Below are positions 58,998-64,000 of a stretch of DNA of 64,000 nt, in pieces. A program made the position numbers and the translations under genes. The notes beneath the pieces were generated by a model. That model made no database searches. It saw nothing but the letters and a program-made list of their open reading frames with translations, and was not told where the DNA came from. Origin of the DNA: an uncultured OM182 clade bacterium (GTDB taxonomy: Bacteria; Pseudomonadota; Gammaproteobacteria; Pseudomonadales; Azotimanducaceae); assembly GCA_902567095.1 (NCBI GenBank), contig CACFLG010000005.1, forward strand, positions 1,267 through 65,266, read 5' to 3'. Each line of letters begins with the position of its first letter. Position 1 is the stretch's first letter.

Positions 58998-60851
58998 TTA
59001 CCTGCTTTTCCAGAAATCAGTGACCCTCTCGATCTCCTCAAGGCTTACCATCGGAGCCTGAAAACGGGTAAGACCCTTCGCCGCTGGATTAAGAAATAAT
59101 CCGTCTCCCTTCCCCTGCAATGCCTCTGCACCTTTCTGGTTCAGTATGACGCGTGAGTCAACATTTGAGCTCACGCGAAACGCCAGCCTCCCGGGCACAT
59201 TGGTCTTTATCAGGCCCGTGATAATGTCTGCCGTAGGTCGCTGTGTCGCCATGATAAGATGAATCCCCGCCGCCCTCGCCTTTTGGGCAAGGCGCACAAT
59301 CGGATCTTCGATAATACTTCCTTCCTGCATCAGCAGATCAGCGAGTTCGTCAATGACCACTACCATGTGAGAAAGTTTATTACGATTGTCTTCCAATTCA
59401 TTGAATTCTATTATATTTCTAGAATTGCTCTCATTTAAAAGGCGGTATCGCTCATCCATCATTTCGGTTAATTCGTTTAGCCGATCGATTGTCTGATCTG
59501 TCTCAGTAATGACCTCTCCGTCAAGGTGAGGCAGACCACGGAAATGAGAGAACTCCACCATTTTGGGATCGATCAAAACAAGCCTCAAGCCTTCGGGGGA
59601 TGCATGGTAAAGCAGCGAAACCAGCAGAGAGTTTAAAGCGATTGACTTACCCGACCCGGTAGACCCTGCAACTAAGAGGTGAGGCATTTGAGACAAATCA
59701 ACACAAACCGGAGAACCCAATGTGTCGATTCCTATTCTTAGAGGTAACTGCATCTCTGCACTTTCACGGGAGGTGTTAGTAATTAATTCGCGAAGCCCAA
59801 TGGTGCGCCTGTTTTTAACAGGGACCTCTACTCCTATCTTGCCTTCCCTGCCAACAATATCCGCGTTAAGTCGGACCGCGTCGTCCGGATGACCCAAGAA
59901 ACGGCTTATATCAGGCAGATGTCTCTCAACCTCTGAAATCTTTGTGCCCCGCTTTGGCGCCACAAAATGGGTCGCGACCATCGGCCCCACGACCGTCTCA
60001 TCTACGTCAGCCTTGACCCCGAACTGCTTCAACGCCGCCACTAGACGAGCGCTAGATTCTTTTAATTCTTCCTCGTCTCTATTCTCCTCATCAGAGGGTC
60101 TCAGAAAATCAATGTTCGGCCGCTCGTCTCCATATTCAGGGACGGGAGCGGGAACCGGCTGAGGCCTATCTTTTTGATCCGGCTCCTTCACAGGTTCAGG
60201 AGGTCGGGAGATATCTTCTGATCCCCTCTCACCCCCGGCAACCTTATCTCCGCCGGAGTGCTCAGAACCACCGACCGGTTTCTCGTCACTACCAAGGTCA
60301 TTGTTTTTATTCTCGTCTTTTTTAGATTCGTCTCTAGATGGCGGTGGTGGAGCTGAACTACCCGAGAAGGCTGAGCGCAGATAACCGATCGTCAAGGAGA
60401 CCCATTTTTTTACCTCTCTGGGAGAAAGACAAAACGCAAACACCAGGAGTAAAAGGAGCAGCGAGATAGGTCTTCCCAGAACCGATTCTAAAATTCCCCA
60501 GCCAGAATTTCCTATTGCTCCGCCCATGCCCGATGAACCAAAAATAGCTGAAGCGATAAAAATGAGCCCAGCGAGCCTGTACTGGTCTAGACTGCTCATC
60601 TTGCGACCTTTAATCTGGACGAAAGCGACGTAACCTGTAACTACAGGAAAAAACCAGGCGCCAGTCCCCAGCATACCCATCAAAGCGGAGCCGACTAGGC
60701 TGCCCATAGAGCCAAGAAATTCGGCTTGGCCTTGATGCACCTGCAGAAGACAAAGCCCAAAGTAACCTGACAACGCAAGCAGCGTGTACGGGCTAACGAG
60801 AATCTGTCTTAATAGATTTTCTTTTTTTTTCCTAGCCAATGGTTCCCTCAC
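58998..60851 (-). CDS. FtsK/SpoIIIE-family translocase lacking the gamma domain
   Basis: N-terminal TMs, Pro-rich linker, PHLLVAGSTGSGKS, LIDPKMVE, VVIDELAD, RAAGIHLIMATQRP, SRVIL; ends right after the motor domain. Confidence 0.85.
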   Translation of the reverse strand: MREPLARKKKENLLRQILVSPYTLLALSGYFGLCLLQVHQGQAEFLGSMGSLVGSALMGMLGTGAWFFPVVTGYVAFVQIKGRKMSSLDQYRLAGLIFIASAIFGSSGMGGAIGNSGWGILESVLGRPISLLLLLLVFAFCLSPREVKKWVSLTIGYLRSAFSGSSAPPPPSRDESKKDENKNNDLGSDEKPVGGSEHSGGDKVAGGERGSEDISRPPEPVKEPDQKDRPQPVPAPVPEYGDERPNIDFLRPSDEENRDEEELKESSARLVAALKQFGVKADVDETVVGPMVATHFVAPKRGTKISEVERHLPDISRFLGHPDDAVRLNADIVGREGKIGVEVPVKNRRTIGLRELITNTSRESAEMQLPLRIGIDTLGSPVCVDLSQMPHLLVAGSTGSGKSIALNSLLVSLLYHASPEGLRLVLIDPKMVEFSHFRGLPHLDGEVITETDQTIDRLNELTEMMDERYRLLNESNSRNIIEFNELEDNRNKLSHMVVVIDELADLLMQEGSIIEDPIVRLAQKARAAGIHLIMATQRPTADIITGLIKTNVPGRLAFRVSSNVDSRVILNQKGAEALQGKGDGLFLNPAAKGLTRFQAPMVSLEEIERVTDFWKSR

Positions 60852-60867
60852 TTTTATATTTTTTCAT

Positions 60868-61542
60868 CTAAAAAAAACCCACCAGCCAATCCCAGGCTGT
60901 AGACCAGCAGCTAAACACGTAGGCTATGGCCTCATCAGGGCCATCAAGGAAATAAATAAGCGCCCAGCCGTAGATCATGACATTAGCGGTAGGCAAAAAC
61001 AAAGCCGCAAACAGAAAGCCTGTCTCCTGCAGGTCAGTCTGACCACTGTGGGTCTCAACATAGGTAGACGTTATGTGGTAGGCCATAACCGCTCCCAGCA
61101 TGACCTCGATAGAGTCGTAGTACTGGCGATCAACAACAACCGACAGAATCATCGGAATCAGCATCAGCGTAGGAAAAAAATACGGAGCGATATAGATCAG
61201 CCAGTTTTCGCCTCCCTCGATATAGCAGACACCACCAGAATTCCAAGTAGCCTGGAGACCTGTGACTCTTTTGAAGGTGATCCAAGCGAACAAAGCGTGA
61301 GTTAATTCATGCTCGAAGGTTGAAAAAAAAGATCCTGCAGAGCGTTTGCTAAAGATAAATACCCAGAGCAAAAAGTATCCGACAAAGCCAATCAGGATAG
61401 TAACCTTACTTGAAAATAGTTCGCCTACGACTCCCGAATCCCTGAGCTCGATCAGAGAGAAGGGTAGAATTAAGATCGACGCCGCAGCCAGTGGCCACTT
61501 GATGATCTCTAATCCTTTGTCAATAAAACCTGAAATTGACAC
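60868..61542 (-). CDS. Membrane Zn metallopeptidase (M50B-like)
   Basis: HELTH in hydrophobic context, IAPYFFP, QTDL. Confidence 0.7.
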   Translation of the reverse strand: MSISGFIDKGLEIIKWPLAAASILILPFSLIELRDSGVVGELFSSKVTILIGFVGYFLLWVFIFSKRSAGSFFSTFEHELTHALFAWITFKRVTGLQATWNSGGVCYIEGGENWLIYIAPYFFPTLMLIPMILSVVVDRQYYDSIEVMLGAVMAYHITSTYVETHSGQTDLQETGFLFAALFLPTANVMIYGWALIYFLDGPDEAIAYVFSCWSTAWDWLVGFF

Positions 61543-61553
61543 TGAACTCTCCT

Positions 61554-62615
61554 CTATACGAAGGGTATGATTTTTTCTGCGATATCTTCCAGCACTTTGA
61601 ACCTTGGGTCAAAGGAAGGCAGATTCATGACCTGATTGAGGCCGGCTTCATTGAGCGCCGCGAGCCTCTCGATCAGCTCATCCTGAGTCCCAACCATGCA
61701 AGTAGCCTTAATTAGATCTGCCGTTACAAACTTTTCTTCTTCAGGCAAAACCCAGCAATTATGTCCCATGTGTATCCGTTGATGCCTTCGATCCTCCGGA
61801 TAATCTTCAAGAAGTCTCGTGTAGTCGTCCCAAATCCCAGACATTGCGTTTGGGGGTTGGTGACCAAAATTCCTCCACTGGTCATAGGCATAGTGCACCG
61901 ACGCCATGACCATCGCGCCGCACTCAGATTTAATTCTAGCTGAGTCAATTGCTTCATCTTCGTCTTTAACAATCATTGCAGTAAGTCCCGTCGTGTAGAA
62001 ATTACTGCGATCAAAGCCGGGAGGACTATTTGATTCCATTAACCCCCAAAGACTCTCCATTACTGCTGGACTTGATGGCAGGGCAAGCACCGCCCCGTCT
62101 CCATATTTTCCGGCAAGCCCAAGGGAACGTGGGCCGAAACCAGAAACATACAGAGGAATAGAATCCTCAAAATTAACGAAGCCTTTGTCAGGCATTATAT
62201 GTTTGATCGGAATTTGTCCGTCCTGATGATTTAGAAGAGATTCTTCTCCCCGAAGCAGCGGAGACAGCTCCTCGAGATAGCTCTCAAATTTGGCTATTCG
62301 CTGGGGCGGAAGCCCCATGACACGCATAGCAGTATTGCCAGCGCCAACTCCAAAAAAAGTTCTGCCAGGCGCAAGCGCGTTTATTGTAGCGATCCCTGCC
62401 GCATTTACAGAGGCTGGGCGGGTGCCCGTAATTGCAACTCCGGTTCCTAGCTTAATAGAATTGGTTCGGTAAGCCGCGAGCGCCAAAGTCGCGTAGCAGT
62501 CCGACCAGATCATTTGACTGTCTGCGAGCCAGGCATGCGAGTAGCCCAGCTCCTCGGCTCTAACAATATAGTCGGTGTCGCCTATGTGGCTTGGCACGCA
62601 AACACCTATATCCAT
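61554..62615 (-). CDS. LLM-class (luciferase-like) flavin-dependent oxidoreductase
   Basis: RAEELGYSHAWLADSQ, IKLGTGV, APGR, GPRSLGLAGKYGDG. Confidence 0.88.
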   Translation of the reverse strand: MDIGVCVPSHIGDTDYIVRAEELGYSHAWLADSQMIWSDCYATLALAAYRTNSIKLGTGVAITGTRPASVNAAGIATINALAPGRTFFGVGAGNTAMRVMGLPPQRIAKFESYLEELSPLLRGEESLLNHQDGQIPIKHIMPDKGFVNFEDSIPLYVSGFGPRSLGLAGKYGDGAVLALPSSPAVMESLWGLMESNSPPGFDRSNFYTTGLTAMIVKDEDEAIDSARIKSECGAMVMASVHYAYDQWRNFGHQPPNAMSGIWDDYTRLLEDYPEDRRHQRIHMGHNCWVLPEEEKFVTADLIKATCMVGTQDELIERLAALNEAGLNQVMNLPSFDPRFKVLEDIAEKIIPFV

Positions 62616-62709
62616 CCGCAAACTCTCCGCCTAGCGTCAGGTATCGAGTTTGCCTCAAATGAGGAAGATACGAAAGACGATCACCAAAACACCTGCTATC
62701 ATCGATCAC

Positions 62710-62803
62710 GGAAGAGCAATGCACCCGGTGGTGCGCGCGGCCTTCAAAGCCGTTGAGCTGCTGATAAAGTGGCTGGAGGGTTCGACTCCTTCCTCTTCCG
62801 CCA
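62710..62803 (+). tRNA. selC: tRNA-Sec (anticodon UCA)
   Basis: GGAAGAG acceptor, 6-bp D stem with 4-nt loop, CTTCAAA anticodon loop, long variable arm, GGTTCGACTCC, G73 and encoded CCA. Confidence 0.95.
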
Positions 62804-62813
62804 ATATATCATA

Positions 62814-62826
62814 TAAATCAATAGTT
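62814..62826 (+). promoter_or_regulatory. IHF-like site just 3' of selC
   Basis: AATCAATAGTTTA matches WATCAANNNNTTR (coordinates within 1-2 nt). Confidence 0.45.
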
Positions 62827-62940
62827 TATAATGACAATAAATATATACATACCAACCTACATACCAATAGAATCTTGCTCAAACCCAAAATTAAGTCTCT
62901 GAAAACAAAAAGAACGAAGATTTACTAAGACCGAGATAAG

Positions 62941-63842
62941 GACCCCCTACCCCCCTTTTTCAATCTGGGACTCCTGCTATCTAGTATTAGGGATCTGAAC
63001 GAACGATTAGGTGCTCCTCGAACCGAAAGACATAGAATGAGCTATCTCTTGGAGAATTTGCTGTTATTATCTTCGGCAAATAAAAAGTCTTAAAATTATA
63101 TGTCCCGTTTATTTATCTCTATCGTTGGTGCCTTATTGCTGTTTTTAACAGCATGTTCTAACGAAGAACCCCAGCTCGAAAAAAAGAACCTCGTCGTCGA
63201 TTCTGTTGTTCCTAACCAACGCGATCCGGATGCAGACGCAATAGTGACAGTTGACTATATGATGCAGGAATTCTACGAAAAAAACCCCGAATACTATCCT
63301 GGATATACTTCAAACGAGTATGGCGGCAGGATAATCGCTGACGGCATCGGGAAAACTTTTTGGTCAGCTTACTGCGGAGCAATGCACGAAGCCGCTCAAG
63401 GCTTTTTAATATCTATCAACTCAGAGAGATCCTTCGAAAAAAACGAATTGACTCCACTTCGTCGCATATCCCCTAACTTAGACGTTTCGTGGCGGCATAC
63501 AGTCATGGAAAAGGCATCGGGCTCATCAGGAACATTCCAGAAAAAAAATCGGTCAATTGACCGTCAAATTGAGATTTCCCTATTCGACAGCAAAATCAGA
63601 TGCTCTTTCAAAGATGGCATTTATAGTGAATACAGTGATCTTGAAAACAGCGCGGATTTAATCCGTGAAATGAAAAAAGAAGGCCACGGCATTTTAAAAA
63701 CCTTCAAAGGGTTCGATGGAATGGGAACTCCAGTTGCCTTCGGTATAACTATTTGGATTCGATTTAAGCAATAGTGACTTAGCAAGTAGGAATAGGGAAT
63801 CCTTTCTAGCTTTATTGAGACCCCCTACCCCCTTTTTTTTCA
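62941..63842 (+). repeat. Direct repeat GACCCCCTACCCCC-(C)-T5-8-CA at 62941 and 63819
   Basis: 14 identical bases plus a T-run in both copies, flanking one gene. Confidence 0.7.
63100..63774 (+). CDS. Hypothetical lipoprotein
   Basis: Lipobox LTAC; no recognisable family. Confidence 0.6.
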   Translation: MSRLFISIVGALLLFLTACSNEEPQLEKKNLVVDSVVPNQRDPDADAIVTVDYMMQEFYEKNPEYYPGYTSNEYGGRIIADGIGKTFWSAYCGAMHEAAQGFLISINSERSFEKNELTPLRRISPNLDVSWRHTVMEKASGSSGTFQKKNRSIDRQIEISLFDSKIRCSFKDGIYSEYSDLENSADLIREMKKEGHGILKTFKGFDGMGTPVAFGITIWIRFKQ

Positions 63843-63909
63843 GGACGATTCCATATTTCGGGTGACCCTGAGTTATAATCCCCAATCTAATTAGTAATAG
63901 GAACTCGCT

Positions 63910-64000
63910 GTGTTAGCCACTCAAACCGCCCAATCTGTAATCGACCATGGTCTAACACTTGGCGCTGACTTCGCCGAAATTTTTGTTGAGAAGAGCCAGT
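63910..64000 (+). CDS. TldD/PmbA family protein (5' part only)
   Basis: GTG start after AGGAA; MLATQTAQSVIDHGLTLGADFAEIFVEK contains the GADFAE.F.E N-terminal motif. Confidence 0.75.
   Translation, partial: MLATQTAQSVIDHGLTLGADFAEIFVEKSQ

Noticed and set aside
49513..61542. Curli, flagellar, type VII or conjugative (ICE) locus
   Set aside because: No csgA/B, flagellar structural genes, WXG100 substrates, relaxase, VirB4 or integrase are seen.
1046..62472. Numerous 60-200 aa antisense or alternate-frame ORFs (e.g. 4982..5434, 12542..13039, 35823..36341, 43599..44213, 60784..61305)
   Set aside because: They are shadows of well-supported genes, with no RBS or family motifs.
62514..62928. ORFs 62514..62756 and 62650..62928
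   Set aside because: They overlap tRNA-Sec or the LLM gene start and have no protein-like features.
1..64000. CRISPR array, rRNA, IS element or prophage
   Set aside because: No regularly spaced repeats, rRNA-like sequence, transposase, integrase or phage structural genes were detected.

Overview
A chromosomal window from a gammaproteobacterium, probably a marine Pseudomonadales/Cellvibrionales-like organism (inferred from gene order and content). The left ~33 kb is an eroded core region: holB-tmk-mltG-fabF-acpP-fabG-fabD-rpmF-yceD, rluC/rne, murB, kdsB-ycaR, a fused msbA-lpxK, exbBD, clpB, greB-hisC, tesB, lolCDE and apbE-nqrM. The window carries much of a selenocysteine system: selA, selB and a tRNA-Sec with a shortened 7/5 acceptor/T-stem. 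It also has three genes that the ORF track splits at an in-frame UGA: an exported peroxiredoxin and two UGSC-motif proteins, each paired with an uncharacterised 'DGLP' partner. Other notable parts are a mevalonate cluster with an HMG-CoA reductase-mevalonate kinase fusion, an mct-like CoA isomerase with a hydratase, and a LexA-boxed small orphan ORF. A ~12 kb accessory block encodes exported proteins that share acidic-Phe C-termini, converging on an FtsK-like ATPase that lacks the gamma domain. No CRISPR array, rRNA, integrase or transposase was seen. All calls are by eye; no database search was run.
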